Of a DNA stretch of 64,000 nt, positions 30,525 through 41,119 are shown piece after piece (the stretch's first letter is position 1; each line of letters opens with the position of its first letter). The stretch comes from Phormidium sp. GTDB lineage: Bacteria; Cyanobacteriota; Cyanobacteriia; Cyanobacteriales; Aerosakkonemataceae. Where the stretch lies: NCBI GenBank assembly GCA_051013385.1, contig CP143273.1, positions 1,504,001-1,568,000 on the forward strand, given 5' to 3'. Made by a program: the position numbers and the translations under genes. The notes below the pieces were generated by a model. The model had not been told where the DNA came from, did no database searches, and was given only the letters and a program-made list of their open reading frames with translations.

Positions 30525-32612
30525 TTAATGATTGCTTACTCTGGCTTGATCTAAATCCGGTCTGACTTTCGCCCGAATCAAGATCGCTGTAATGTTGTCA
30601 TGCCCATTGTACTGGTTAGCCAGTTCAATTAAGTCATTGACACTTTGTTCTAAATTGCTCCGCGAACTCAGGTATGGTTGGAGGTGTGTTTGCCAATGGG
30701 TTTCGATCAAGTCGTTATCCGAAAGACCATCGGAGCATAACAAGATCAGAGTATCTTCATTTAACTCAAAGAATTCTATATCGGGATCAACAAAATGTTC
30801 ATTGCGTGGCCCTAATGCTTGGGTAAGTTGGTAAGCGTCGGGACGAGAATAAGCTATTTCCCGTTCCACTCCCCGTTTAACTTCCCGTTGTCCGACCTCG
30901 TGATCGATGGTAATTTGTTCGATGCCTTGTCTGCGGCTGAGGCGGTATAGGCGGGAGTCTCCTACATGGGCAACGGCGACTTGAGTTTCTTGAATTAAAA
31001 CCATAACTAAAGTAGTACCCATGCGTCCGCTACCGGAACGGGCATCTTGTTGATTAATGTCGTAGATGACTTGGTTGGCTTTCAGGACACCTTGACGAAT
31101 ACAGTCTTCGTCTGGTAGTTCTTCGTTCCAGTGTTCTTGAAAGTATTCAAAGAGGGTTTTGACGGCTAAGGCGCTAGCAACTTCGCCTCCGGCGTGTCCG
31201 CCCATGCCATCGCAGAGGATGTACAAGCCGCGAGCTTCCATGTTGCGCCCGATCGGATTTTCAATTTTGGTAAGTTTAGTTTGGACTCCGAAGTAGTCTT
31301 CATTATGCCGTCTTTGACGACCTACGTCGGTGTTACCTGCATCTTCTAAACTTAGCAGCTGCATAGGTAAAACCACCGTAGGCATATCATCGTTACTCTC
31401 ATGGTGTGGGGAGCAAGGAATCATCGGTTCTTTATATAAGGCGGCTACTGAGGGTGGGGAAATGGTTTGATTGTTTTTAAATGGGATCGGTTCTGGTGGT
31501 GTTGGGATAGATGGAACTGATTGGCTTATATGTTCGTCGGCGATTTCTTGCAGACGCGATCGCAATTCTTGTATTGTCGAGATGGTTTCTAGCTTCAGGT
31601 CATTAATTAATACTCCGATGGGACCTAACATTGTGCGCCCAGCCTGACAATATAAGTTTTCCCAAACCCGGCCTAAGTTTGACATTTTCAGGTTACTGTC
31701 TGGTGCTTCTTTGTATAAGCGGAGAATTCCTAGAGATTGGTCTTCATCTACTCGTAAGTTGCTTAATTCTAATAAACTTTGCCGACAATGCTTCTTTTCG
31801 GTGGCGCTCCAGAGGGATGACATTTCGTGCAATATTTGTAAGGAATGAATGTCGGGAATTTGATTGTTTTTCCACAGTTCTACTAAGGTGGGCCATTGCG
31901 ATCGATCTTCTATCAGGAGGACGTAGCGCGAGTCCTCTATCCAAGCGTCGTGGAGCGTGGGTATTACGGGATCAAACTCTTCTTTCAGTTCCAGATAAGC
32001 TTGAGCAATTTCCGGCACGGTTTCCCAAAAGTTGATGATACTGTTACCGTCCGGTTCTTGCCCGATTTCTAGTCCTTGACTTTCAGAGCGTATGAAAACT
32101 TCTATAGGTGAAGCTTGCAAGGGTTGACAATCTAACACTCGCACTTTAATTTCTTCTGTAATTTCTGATGGTAGTGCTTCTAAGAGTAAGTAGCGCTGCT
32201 GCTGGTCTAAATATACTTTTGGAGAGAATTCAGATATTGATTTTGCTGAGTTGTTCTCTGGGGAATGGTCTGCGAATTCTTCTTCCCAGCTTACTTGAAT
32301 TTCTGTTTTAACTGGTTGAGTTTCAGTAAGTATATTAGGCTGTTTATCGCCAAGTTTCTCGCTTTGAGCAGCTGCTATCAATTCAGGATTGGCTGTTTTG
32401 TTTTGTTCCTGAATCTGAGTTACGGTGCGAGGCGAAATGATTGCTTGCCAAACTGTTCCGGTAAATGCGGCACATTTGGGGCATTCTTGGGCGCTGTAAC
32501 TAACTTGTGCGCCACATTCGGGACAAGCTTTGTGGGTGAGGGAAGCGCCACATTGCTGGCAAAATTTATTGGTGATTGGGTTTTCAAATTGACATTGTGG
32601 ACAGTAAAGCAT
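30525..32612 (-). CDS. PP2C Ser/Thr phosphatase with N-terminal double zinc ribbon
   Basis: Four CxxC pairs; NEDY, CDGMGGH, GTT, HVGDSR, CSDGL, GHDNIT. Confidence 0.93.
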   Translation of the reverse strand: MLYCPQCQFENPITNKFCQQCGASLTHKACPECGAQVSYSAQECPKCAAFTGTVWQAIISPRTVTQIQEQNKTANPELIAAAQSEKLGDKQPNILTETQPVKTEIQVSWEEEFADHSPENNSAKSISEFSPKVYLDQQQRYLLLEALPSEITEEIKVRVLDCQPLQASPIEVFIRSESQGLEIGQEPDGNSIINFWETVPEIAQAYLELKEEFDPVIPTLHDAWIEDSRYVLLIEDRSQWPTLVELWKNNQIPDIHSLQILHEMSSLWSATEKKHCRQSLLELSNLRVDEDQSLGILRLYKEAPDSNLKMSNLGRVWENLYCQAGRTMLGPIGVLINDLKLETISTIQELRSRLQEIADEHISQSVPSIPTPPEPIPFKNNQTISPPSVAALYKEPMIPCSPHHESNDDMPTVVLPMQLLSLEDAGNTDVGRQRRHNEDYFGVQTKLTKIENPIGRNMEARGLYILCDGMGGHAGGEVASALAVKTLFEYFQEHWNEELPDEDCIRQGVLKANQVIYDINQQDARSGSGRMGTTLVMVLIQETQVAVAHVGDSRLYRLSRRQGIEQITIDHEVGQREVKRGVEREIAYSRPDAYQLTQALGPRNEHFVDPDIEFFELNEDTLILLCSDGLSDNDLIETHWQTHLQPYLSSRSNLEQSVNDLIELANQYNGHDNITAILIRAKVRPDLDQARVSNH

Positions 32613-32952
32613 TTGAGGATTTCCTCAATTTCGAGGATGGATAGAAAAAGCTAACAGGGTTAATGGGGCTAAAGTTGGATACGAGCGCTAGTGCAAGAAG
32701 GCTCCAAGGCTTTAAGGCAAGAAAGCTTATACAAGGCTTAATCACTTATTGTTAACTGTATAGTTATTTTTGCCACCCTGCACTAGGGTAAAGAAGTAGA
32801 GTTAGAGATCTTTGTTTATTTTTGACGTACTGGCTCTCCCGTACTTGTGGTGGAAAACCCTACTTTTGGGGACTGGGGACTGGGGACTAGGGACTGGGAT
32901 TTCTTATGGACTAAACACTTTCCTAATTAATTAGGTTTACTTATCACCATGA

Positions 32953-33366
32953 CTACGGGAGAGCCGTGAAAGGGATTGCAGGAAAACCTTTTCTTTTGTA
33001 AATGCCAGAGGTTTTGTAAACTGTAAATGAATCGCCTTTCTTTTTAGTTTTCTGTTGCGGAAAACCGCTTAATCCTTCCCTCCATCTAGACAAGGCTTTT
33101 TTCAAATCGATGAAAGCTGACTGATACACGGTGGATGGGTATTTCTTTGCCCAGGCATATTCAGGCATCTTCATAATTACTTGGGTGAAGACTTGTTTGA
33201 TGGTATCTATTCTTTTGGAATCGCCGAGTTTAATCTCCTCAAAACTCCAACTGGCGATTACCATAGAGAGTCCTAAGTTGTAGACGAATCTGCGAAAGCC
33301 AGCCATGCCACGCATTAAAGAGGTTTCTTTTTTATTTAGTTTTAACTCTCTTTTGATTGCGTACAT
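32953..33366 (-). pseudogene. tnpB: Truncated TnpB (N-terminal HTH/WED part only)
   Basis: K-ELKLN...G--RFVYN-GL...Q-A--DL--A--R-----GFP--K-KK; stops at 137 aa with no RuvC motifs. Confidence 0.8.
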
Positions 33367-33638
33367 TGCCCACCCTCAAACCTGCTATTTTTATAACATA
33401 AAGGATCGTCAACTACTACATAATATTAGACAATTACCCAAGTAGTGTTTGATTGGATAGATACATTGCCTGTTGAGCGCAACTTCCCCAAAATAGCTAA
33501 GTTTGATGAGGAATGAGCAGTAATTTGGCTATTTATTCAAGGTCCTTTCCCATTGTTGCATTTTGAATTGCGATCGATGGGGATTGCTGCTAAAACTTCT
33601 CTAAAAATTTAAAGAAAGAATTTAGATTTGGGTAGTCG

Positions 33639-34274
33639 TTAATTTACTTTGTTCAGATGCAATAATGGTTTTAGTTCTTCTGGAGTTAACTCTCGCCACT
33701 CTCCTGGTGCTAAACCTTCCCAACCCAGATGAGCAATTGCTACTCTGACTAATCTTAAGGTAGGATAACCGACTGCTGCTGTCATTCTTCGGACTTGTCG
33801 ATTTCTACCTTCTGTGAGTGTCATCTCTAACCAAGCTGTGGGTACGTTTTTGCGAAACCGAATTGGCGGATCGCGGGGTGGTAATATGGGTTCGGTGGGC
33901 AAAAGTTCTACCAATGCTGGTCTTGTTTGGTAGTCTTGGATTTTTACTCCTTGGCGAAGTTGGTTGAGGGCGGTTGGTGAGGGAATTCTTTCTACTTGTA
34001 CCCAGTAGGTGCGTGGGTGTTTGTAGCGGCGATCGCTCAAAAAATGTTGTAATTTACCATCATTTGTCAGTAATAGTAGTCCTTCGCTGTCTTGGTCTAA
34101 ACGTCCTACTGGATATATTTCGGGAATAGAAATATAGTCTTTCAGGGTTTGTCTAGTTTTATCAGCACTTTGCTTTTCGTCTGTAAACTGGCACAAGACG
34201 TTGTATGGTTTGTAAAAAAGTATATATTTATGTACCACGTTCTGCTGAGTTGCTGTTTCGCAGTTAAATAGCAA
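33639..34274 (-). CDS. rluE: Pseudouridine synthase, RluE-like
   Basis: [44 protein letters not shown]. Confidence 0.85.
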   Translation of the reverse strand: MLFNCETATQQNVVHKYILFYKPYNVLCQFTDEKQSADKTRQTLKDYISIPEIYPVGRLDQDSEGLLLLTNDGKLQHFLSDRRYKHPRTYWVQVERIPSPTALNQLRQGVKIQDYQTRPALVELLPTEPILPPRDPPIRFRKNVPTAWLEMTLTEGRNRQVRRMTAAVGYPTLRLVRVAIAHLGWEGLAPGEWRELTPEELKPLLHLNKVN

Positions 34275-34409
34275 TTCTCATGCTCATGAGAGCGAAAGTT
34301 TCTGGTTTAGGGAAAAGGTAACAAAAAATCAAACTTGGGTATACCTCACAAGGCAAGAGAAAGGCTATATATAATTCACCAATTTTACCACTTTCCCGCC
34401 AGAAGACTG

Positions 34410-34432
34410 CCGTCACAGCAATGCTTGACGGT
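34410..34432. mobile_element. Orphan copy of the IS200/IS605 end hairpin
   Basis: CCGTCACAGCAATGCTTGACGGT versus CCGTCACAGCGAAGCTTGACGGT at 61760-61782 (21/23 identical). Confidence 0.55.
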
Positions 34433-34492
34433 CAAAGCCCCATTGTGAATTATTATCAATTTTCAAAGCAAATCTGCGATTAAAAATCGTTT

Positions 34493-34876
34493 TTAACTGG
34501 CTTTTTCCAGTTCAGCGAATATGGTTTTTTCCAAGGGACAAACACAAGCATCTTCTTTTAACCAGTGTTGTCCGACACGATATAAGGCACTCATCACTGG
34601 TTGAATTTCTCTGCCTTTTTCTGTGAGTGAGTATTCTACGCGAGGCGGAATTTCTGGATAGACTTGGCGTTGCACTAAACCGTATGCTTCTAATTCGCGC
34701 AGTCGAATGGTTAATGTTTTACTGCTAATTCCTGGTAAGGCATCTAAAAACTGGTGCGTGCGGCGATCGCCTAAGAAAAGTTCTCGCAGAATTAGGATAG
34801 ACCACTTATTGCCAATCAAGTCTAAGGTAAACTGAATTGGGCATTTGTTTTCCAAGCAATCTTTAGTATCTAACAT
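34493..34876 (-). CDS. HxlR family winged-helix regulator
   Basis: CPI..LDLIGNKWSILIL, ISSKTLT.RLRELE, PPRVEYSLT; ATG 34876 preferred. Confidence 0.92.
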   Translation of the reverse strand: MLDTKDCLENKCPIQFTLDLIGNKWSILILRELFLGDRRTHQFLDALPGISSKTLTIRLRELEAYGLVQRQVYPEIPPRVEYSLTEKGREIQPVMSALYRVGQHWLKEDACVCPLEKTIFAELEKAS

Positions 34877-35275
34877 GATCTGCCTGTAAATTCTCTGGAT
34901 TCGGTTTCTGTTTCTCGATTCTATTTTAAAAACTTTTATACTTTTACTTGCGGTTTTTTGCAAATCTTTACCATTTAACTTTTTATTTCACATCTTAATC
35001 TGCCCTACAAGAAAGCTTTATTTAGGCGACAATTCCTCTTATTCACAGTGACAAGTAGGATTATAGGATACGGCTGACTGAGAGCTTAATTCTTTATAAA
35101 ATACTCTAGGAGCGCGCCAACTGGCTATAAAATCAAAGCATTTCCCATTTTTTATCTTGTTACAATTCCTAACTTTTCCAGAGAAACTTAGCAAGTTGTC
35201 AAAATATTTTTTTAACTAAGTGAGATATTTTGGGTGGTTTTATCTCTAAAAATACCACTGAAAATAACTAAATTA

Positions 35276-35788
35276 TCACTCAATTTCTGTGGCTAACCAT
35301 TGCCATTCAATAATTATAGAATTCGGGATTTTTAGAGTAATATTTTTCTTTTGTGTTAGGGGTATAGTGAGTTTTAAAAAGCTATTTTGCGGTAGTTGAG
35401 CAATTAAATTCGTAACGTTATACTGACCAACGTTAGGGGCAGGAGATTCTGTTGCAAACAAATCTGTTGCTGTGAGTAATTTACTGCTGTTAGTGGTAAT
35501 TTCTAATGCTTGAGGATGGGCAATCTCCACTATACCGGGAAAACCTACTAACCGGAGAATAAATTGCGGCGATCGATCGGGCGGAAATTGTTTAAAAAGT
35601 ACGACTTGCCAAGAGTATCCTGTAGCATCCCGGAGGGAATGTTGGGATTGATATCGCATTACTCCGGGTGCATCTTGATATTCGCGGAGAACTGCGATCG
35701 CAGGAGGACAAATTAAGTTAACTGGAATACAGAAAAACAGCAATACCAACCCACATAATAATATGAATCGAGAAACTAACTTTTCCAT
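35276..35788 (-). CDS. DUF3122 family exported protein
   Basis: Signal peptide; SLRD....WQVVLFK, LRLVGFPG, HPQ.L, NVGQY. Confidence 0.75.
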   Translation of the reverse strand: MEKLVSRFILLCGLVLLFFCIPVNLICPPAIAVLREYQDAPGVMRYQSQHSLRDATGYSWQVVLFKQFPPDRSPQFILRLVGFPGIVEIAHPQALEITTNSSKLLTATDLFATESPAPNVGQYNVTNLIAQLPQNSFLKLTIPLTQKKNITLKIPNSIIIEWQWLATEIE

Positions 35789-35803
35789 AGTTAAGGATGA
35801 GAA

Positions 35804-36598
35804 TTAAGCGATCGCCCCTTTTAAACTCTGACAAAATTCGCCAATAGCTGTTAATCCTGTTTCTGGTGTACCATCTGCCAAACGCTTGACAAAAGCGCTT
35901 CCCACAATAGCCGCATCTGCACCCCAATCTTTAACTTGTTTGGCCTGTTCCGGTGCAGAAATCCCAAAACCGACACCTATAGGTTTATCAGTAGTTTGGC
36001 GCATTTGTTGGAGTAAATCTGCCACTCGTGACTCTAATCTTGATCGCATTCCGGTAACACCTGTTACACTCACCAAGTAAATAAAACCTTGGGACTTTTG
36101 GGCGATCGCTTTTATCCTTTCTGGAGAACTAGTTGGTGCTACTAATAAAATTACCTCAATGCCCCATTCACTAGCTGGTTTAAGTAAACTTTCGGCTTCT
36201 TCCAAAGGTAAATCGGGAACAACTAAACCTTTGACTCCCACTTGAGAAAGTTGCTGCAAAAACTTTTCAATTCCCCGGTGAATAATCGGATTGTAATAAG
36301 TAAATAATACTATGGGCGCTGTTAATTCTGGGATGACATTGCCTAACATTTTAAGTACATCATCCAACTTTGTACCCTTTTGTAAGGCTCTAGTTGCTGC
36401 GGCTTGAATTACTGGCCCATCGGCTAAAGGATCGGAATAGGGTACACCCAATTCAATAATATCAGCACCATTGCGATCGAGAACCTTTAACGCAAGAGCC
36501 GTCGTTTGCAAATCCGGATCGCCAGCGGTAATAAAAGGAATTAAAGCGCATTGGGATTGAGAGCGTAAAGACTGGAAGCGATCGGAAATAGATGTCAT
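35804..36598 (-). CDS. trpA: Tryptophan synthase alpha chain
   Basis: [38 protein letters not shown]. Confidence 0.97.
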   Translation of the reverse strand: MTSISDRFQSLRSQSQCALIPFITAGDPDLQTTALALKVLDRNGADIIELGVPYSDPLADGPVIQAAATRALQKGTKLDDVLKMLGNVIPELTAPIVLFTYYNPIIHRGIEKFLQQLSQVGVKGLVVPDLPLEEAESLLKPASEWGIEVILLVAPTSSPERIKAIAQKSQGFIYLVSVTGVTGMRSRLESRVADLLQQMRQTTDKPIGVGFGISAPEQAKQVKDWGADAAIVGSAFVKRLADGTPETGLTAIGEFCQSLKGAIA

Positions 36599-36699
36599 TT
36601 TCTCAAAAGTAATAAATCAAAAACTCAATTAATAGCGGTTAGCTGCTGGATGTCAATCTTAGCATTCTGCCTACACCCAGCTACTAACCACTAAGCAAA

Positions 36700-37002
36700 C
36701 TATTTTTTTTCTTGTTCAATTTCTGCCTGGAGCTTTTCTAGTTCTTCAGGAGTCATTTCTTCGAGGCGCTTTTGCAAAACCGCCTCTTCATAATCTTTCA
36801 ATTGCTGATTGTAAGTCATCTGTTTAGTACTAGCCCGAAACAAATAAGTCAGCAACCAACCAATTAACCCAAAAATCAGCAAAGCCTGACTCCAAATCCC
36901 CGCTTGCTGACTATCTAAGCCTACCAGTTGTAGCAGTAGGAAAGCTAATCCACCAGCCAGGAAAATTCCCAAGCCTATATAAATAATGTCAATCCGACGC
37001 AT
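36700..37002 (-). CDS. DUF3007 family membrane protein
   Basis: MRRID start, AGIWSQ, MTYNQQLKDYE; position between ndhL and trpA. Confidence 0.85.
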   Translation of the reverse strand: MRRIDIIYIGLGIFLAGGLAFLLLQLVGLDSQQAGIWSQALLIFGLIGWLLTYLFRASTKQMTYNQQLKDYEEAVLQKRLEEMTPEELEKLQAEIEQEKK

Positions 37003-37025
37003 TTAGAGTTGACCAATAGTAAATT

Positions 37026-37238
37026 TTATGCTTCAACTTGTCGCCGCTTAGGTCGGAAATTCAAAAACGGCGCGAGTACCAACAATCCGGGAAAAAAGAA
37101 GAACACCAGAAAGTACATAAAACCGCGCTCGAAAGAGGTACAAGTATACCAGCGTTTTTGCATATAGAAAAACACCAGCAAAGGAGCTACCACCAAATAA
37201 GCTCCACCCAGAATTAAATACAAAAGTGCAATCAGCAT
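37026..37238 (-). CDS. ndhL: NDH-1 subunit L
   Basis: RWY...[25 protein letters not shown] signature. Confidence 0.94.
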   Translation of the reverse strand: MLIALLYLILGGAYLVVAPLLVFFYMQKRWYTCTSFERGFMYFLVFFFFPGLLVLAPFLNFRPKRRQVEA

Positions 37239-37479
37239 AGTTTTTCTTGTCTACAGCAGCAACAACACTAAGCGCGGTAGGTAAGGGTACTCGATCATTT
37301 TACAGGTTATTGGTCTAAAGAGGGAACGGGGAACGGGGACTCTTGAGACGCGGAGAATTTTGACCTTCTGCCTTCTGCCGTAGGTTCCCAAAAATTTTTT
37401 CTAAACAATTGTGCAAATTCAGATTTTTGCGGTAAGATGAATATCCAACCGAAAAAGGCTGGAATTTAAAGCCGAGTTC

Positions 37480-37810
37480 GGGGGTGTGGCGGAATGGTAG
37501 ACGCTACGGACTTAGAAAACTGAGCCTTGGAGGAGAAATCCTGCAAGTGACGGCTCTCAAATTCAGGGAAACCTAAATCTGGTGACAGATATGGCAATCC
37601 TGAGCCAAGCCAAAAGGGTAAAGAGTAAAATCAGAACTTTTTGGAAGGTGCAGAGACTCGACGGGAGCTACCCTAACGTAAAGCCGAGGGTAAAGGGAGA
37701 GTCCAATTCTCAAAGCCTGAGTTAGAGTTTCAGGCAGTAGCGAAAGCTGCGAGAGAATGAAAATCCGTTGACCGTAAAAGGTCGTGAGGGTTCAAGTCCC
37801 TCTGCCCCCA
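37480..37810 (+). tRNA. trnL: tRNA-Leu(UAA), split by a group I intron (exons 37480-37513 and 37760-37810)
   Basis: GGGGGTGTGGCGGAATGGTAGACGCTACGGACTT | AAAATCCGT...GGTTCAAGTCC...CCCCCA; anticodon loop CUU^AAAA. Confidence 0.96.
37514..37759 (+). ncRNA. Self-splicing group I intron of tRNA-Leu(UAA), 246 nt, no ORF
   Basis: Core elements AAATTCAGGGAA, AATCCTGAGC, GTGCAGAGACTCGA, GAGAGTCC; terminal G before exon 2. Confidence 0.95.
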
Positions 37811-38211
37811 TAATCGTATAAGGTTTAATAGATAAGATAAGCAGTTACCGAAATTAGCCTGGTAACTGCTTTGTGATTTTTCTGAGGACGATCGCAATAA
37901 TGACCTGAATAGCAATTAATTAGAAAATAATTATTAAAAAATATTAAGATAGAAAAAAATAGCAAGTAAATATTAGAACATAGACAGAAAATATATAGGC
38001 TATTGTGACATATCACTGGAAAGGGCGATTCAATAGTTATAAAGTTCTGGTATAAGTGAAGCTCTGCTTTAGAATCAAAACTGTTAAGTACAGATCTTGT
38101 ACAATTGAGGTACTCTAAGTTAGACTGCAACAAAATGAAATCAGGGTGCCCGTAGCGTTATTCGACACAATCAAATTATTAGGAAGCACTACCACTTCAG
38201 GCAGATTAAAC

Positions 38212-39597
38212 ATGAATCATCAACCTTCGGTGCATGATCAGGACACTTCTATCCAACTAAACAGTCAAGGTTCACGTCTACAAAGGTCACAGGATATTAT
38301 TTATAGGTTTCTGCTTAACATTGTTAGGCAGTGGCCTCCTGAAATGGTATTACAAGAATTTAAAAACCTGTTTATTTATCAAACAGAAGTAGCTAAGCAG
38401 GAAGTTATTCAAGCTCTGTACAAGATTGTTTTTGAAAATGACGAAAGTGAGTTTAGAAATACACTCAAACGTTCTTGCTATATTTTAATTAACAATTGGG
38501 ATGCCACTAGAAGACGGAAATCAATTCAAGATTTAATTGAAGCTTTTGATGAGCCGAAAATCCATGAAGAAACTATTTCCCAAAATTTGAATCGGATTCG
38601 GTATTGGCTGAGTAATTTTATTAAAAGTAAGGATTATCAAGAACTGAAGTTATTTGCTTCGCGTTTTGATACAGAAGGACATTGGGCGCATCGTTATGCT
38701 TGTTATCTTTTAGTGCCACAATATATGGATTTGAGGAATCCAGAAGAACAGAGAGCAGCTGCTAAGGCACTTTCTAAAGAATTAAAAGATAAGTTTAAAT
38801 TTGATTTGGCTATGTATACTGCTTATACGCAGTCTGCTGGCAGCAATCACAGGAATTTAGTAAATCCTACAGGTTTGGGTGATGATGTTTTACGTCTGAT
38901 TAAGAGAATTTTAGTCAAGCGTGGCCCTTTTAGTTACACCAATTTGGCGAATATTTTTCAGAAACAGACGCAGAACATGAACTATAAATTATATAAGAAA
39001 AGCCTGAGCAATTATTTACTTTTTTCCGTAAAAAACCCAAGAGTTGTTAATCTCTTCAATCAAAATTTGTCAGCTAAGTTAGAGACAATGTATGACCAAC
39101 ATGATGAAGACTTATTAAATCCGGCATTGATTTTAAGAAGTTGCAATCGTGTGATTGATTTTTTGACGACTGAAAACAGACAAGACCCCGCAGAATTATT
39201 TGTTTTACTGTTGTCCCAAGGAAATCCGTTAACTTTGGTAGTAGTGTTATTAAAAATTATTTTAATCTCTGGGAATTCGCGATCGCACTTAGAGACTTGT
39301 CTTGCCACGTTAATTGAGTACTATCAGAAATATCCCGAAGCTGAATGCCAGTGGATTATTTACTTTTTGGAGTTATTTAATATTACCTTTGCCATTTATG
39401 CGGAGAATGTGGAATACAATTTAGTGAATATGCAGGATGACAATGGTAATAGGTCTAGTAACGATGGCAACTGGAATTGGAATACTTGGAGAATTTTTTC
39501 TCAACTTAAGCAAGATCATAAAATACCCAGCTATCTTGTTGATGAAAAACAATTAGAAGAAGAAGTGAACAAAGAAGGATTACCTACCGAAGGGTGA
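38212..39597 (+). CDS. Hypothetical protein, predicted helical
   Basis: Long ORF with LKRSCYILINNW and FKFDLAMYTA motifs, downstream hairpin; ATG 38212 preferred over GTG 38146. Confidence 0.8.
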   Translation: MNHQPSVHDQDTSIQLNSQGSRLQRSQDIIYRFLLNIVRQWPPEMVLQEFKNLFIYQTEVAKQEVIQALYKIVFENDESEFRNTLKRSCYILINNWDATRRRKSIQDLIEAFDEPKIHEETISQNLNRIRYWLSNFIKSKDYQELKLFASRFDTEGHWAHRYACYLLVPQYMDLRNPEEQRAAAKALSKELKDKFKFDLAMYTAYTQSAGSNHRNLVNPTGLGDDVLRLIKRILVKRGPFSYTNLANIFQKQTQNMNYKLYKKSLSNYLLFSVKNPRVVNLFNQNLSAKLETMYDQHDEDLLNPALILRSCNRVIDFLTTENRQDPAELFVLLLSQGNPLTLVVVLLKIILISGNSRSHLETCLATLIEYYQKYPEAECQWIIYFLELFNITFAIYAENVEYNLVNMQDDNGNRSSNDGNWNWNTWRIFSQLKQDHKIPSYLVDEKQLEEEVNKEGLPTEG

Positions 39598-39626
39598 TTA
39601 CACAGTAGCCTCTATTATGCTGAAAC

Positions 39627-39672
39627 TTTTTGGATTATTAATTTCCCTATTCTAGAGATTAATAATCCAAAT
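39627..39672 (+). terminator. Intrinsic terminator-like hairpin
   Basis: TTTTGGATTATTAAT / ATTAATAATCCAAAA arms 30 nt after the stop codon. Confidence 0.6.
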
Positions 39673-39683
39673 TTTGTCTATGT

Positions 39684-39775
39684 CAGGACTTACGCAACTG
39701 GCACAATCAGTAGGGTGTTCTACTAAGATCAAACCCTGATTCTATCGAGCAAATCTAGTGTCTGACGCACCCGAC
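39684..39775. mobile_element. Degenerate MITE remnant
   Basis: CAGGACTTACGCA end (as at 41836) followed by GTAGGGTG...TCTGACGCACCCGAC inner arms (as at 23834-23898); second TIR decayed. Confidence 0.55.
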
Positions 39776-39998
39776 AATTCGATGCAAATGTAATACGCAG
39801 CTTTAGTCTTGTATGTCTCAAGGATGAGTTCTTGGGTTAAAGATTCTCTAGCTGAAGATTGATGATGGTTCAGATTTAATTTTGCACCATCATAGTAAAG
39901 CTATGCAGTTAGCTTGCACAAAACAAATCAGATATCTCAATAGTTTTGGATTCTATTGAAAATCTGAAAATACTTAATAAAAGGGAGAGAAATTTAAC

Positions 39999-40304
39999 AT
40001 GAAATCTAACAAACTGTCCAAGTTTATCGGCGCTGGCTTAGTAAGTTTAAGTTTAGCTTCTTTACCTCTGGCATTACCTGTTTCCGCTCAAACTGGTACA
40101 ACCACTGATACAACTACTGGTGGTACTAATACCACTACTGGGACTGCTGATTACAGCAGAGACAACAGAGACGGTTTTGATTGGGGTTGGTTGGGTTTAC
40201 TAGGTTTAATTGGTTTAGCTGGTTTAGCTGGTCGCAACAAACATGAAGAACCAGTGCGTTACCGTGAACCTGATGAAGCGTCTCGTCCAGGTACCAGATA
40301 TTAA
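39999..40304 (+). CDS. WGxxGxxG-CTERM family small exported protein
   Basis: Signal peptide, Thr/Gly-rich linker, DWGWLGLLGLIGLAGL; RBS upstream. Confidence 0.9.
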   Translation: MKSNKLSKFIGAGLVSLSLASLPLALPVSAQTGTTTDTTTGGTNTTTGTADYSRDNRDGFDWGWLGLLGLIGLAGLAGRNKHEEPVRYREPDEASRPGTRY

Positions 40305-40334
40305 GTAAAGTCATAAGCAAAAATATCTGAGTGA

Positions 40335-40366
40335 AAGGGCTTTAGGAAATTGTCCTAAAGCTCTTT
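40335..40366 (+). terminator. Intrinsic terminator
   Basis: AAGGGCTTTAGGA...TCCTAAAGCTCTTT followed by T-rich tract. Confidence 0.65.
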
Positions 40367-40475
40367 GTTCTTATGACTCTCTCTCTAGTTAGAGAAATGT
40401 TTACTGAAACTTTCAAAAAGAATGTAACCTCAGTTAGATGGAGAATTTACTATTTAATTCTTATGTTAATAAGCG

Positions 40476-41075
40476 ATGGTAAAAAATAATGAGGACGGCT
40501 TAGTGAGAAGTTTAACTAATTTCTTTAAAAAGCTACGATTGGGCAGAGTATTGACGGTTTTCTTAGCAGGAATAGCGCTATTTTTTATGACTGCTTGTAA
40601 TAGTGGTGATATGACAGGCGCACGTCCAAATAATCCTCCCGTACAAGCTGGAGGCGCAAATAATCCTTACAAAAATGGTGGAGATGGTTACACCAATTTT
40701 AACGCATCTAGCGACCCAAGAGTGAACAGTGAAACTGTCAATAAAGAGCGTAACAATAGAGCAGATCTTCAGCTAGTTTCTCATCAGTTAATTGCTGCGA
40801 ATATTGAGAGCGACGCTTCAGATTTACTTTACCCTGGCTCTGATGCTACTAGCTCTAGAAATCCCGATATTGGCCCTAGAGGAGAGAGGGAATTAGAGAA
40901 ATCTGTTACTCAAATTCCTGAACCTCGGCAAGGGGTGATCGATCGCAGCGATCCCGATGCACAAATTTTAGAAAGAGTTGGGGAAACATTCAAAGACGCT
41001 TCAGCTTTTATCAAAGATAAATTGGGACAACCAACAGAACCAGAGTTGCAAGTTAACCCTGCTAAAGAAAGATAA
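40476..41075 (+). CDS. Hydrophilic lipoprotein of unknown function
   Basis: RVLTVFLAG...MTAC lipobox; true start may be GTG 40503. Confidence 0.75.
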   Translation: MVKNNEDGLVRSLTNFFKKLRLGRVLTVFLAGIALFFMTACNSGDMTGARPNNPPVQAGGANNPYKNGGDGYTNFNASSDPRVNSETVNKERNNRADLQLVSHQLIAANIESDASDLLYPGSDATSSRNPDIGPRGERELEKSVTQIPEPRQGVIDRSDPDAQILERVGETFKDASAFIKDKLGQPTEPELQVNPAKER

Positions 41076-41119
41076 TTTCTTTGCTAACTAAACATCAAAC
41101 AATCAACAAGGAGTAAAAC

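Noticed and set aside
29187..32654. Short antisense ORFs inside long genes here and elsewhere
   Set aside because: Shadow frames of well-supported genes, with no motifs or RBS
37730..38133. Minus-strand ORFs overlapping the intron, tRNA exon 2 and downstream AT-rich DNA, as a possible homing endonuclease
   Set aside because: The intron is only 246 nt; the ORFs are antisense and lack LAGLIDADG/HNH/GIY-YIG motifs
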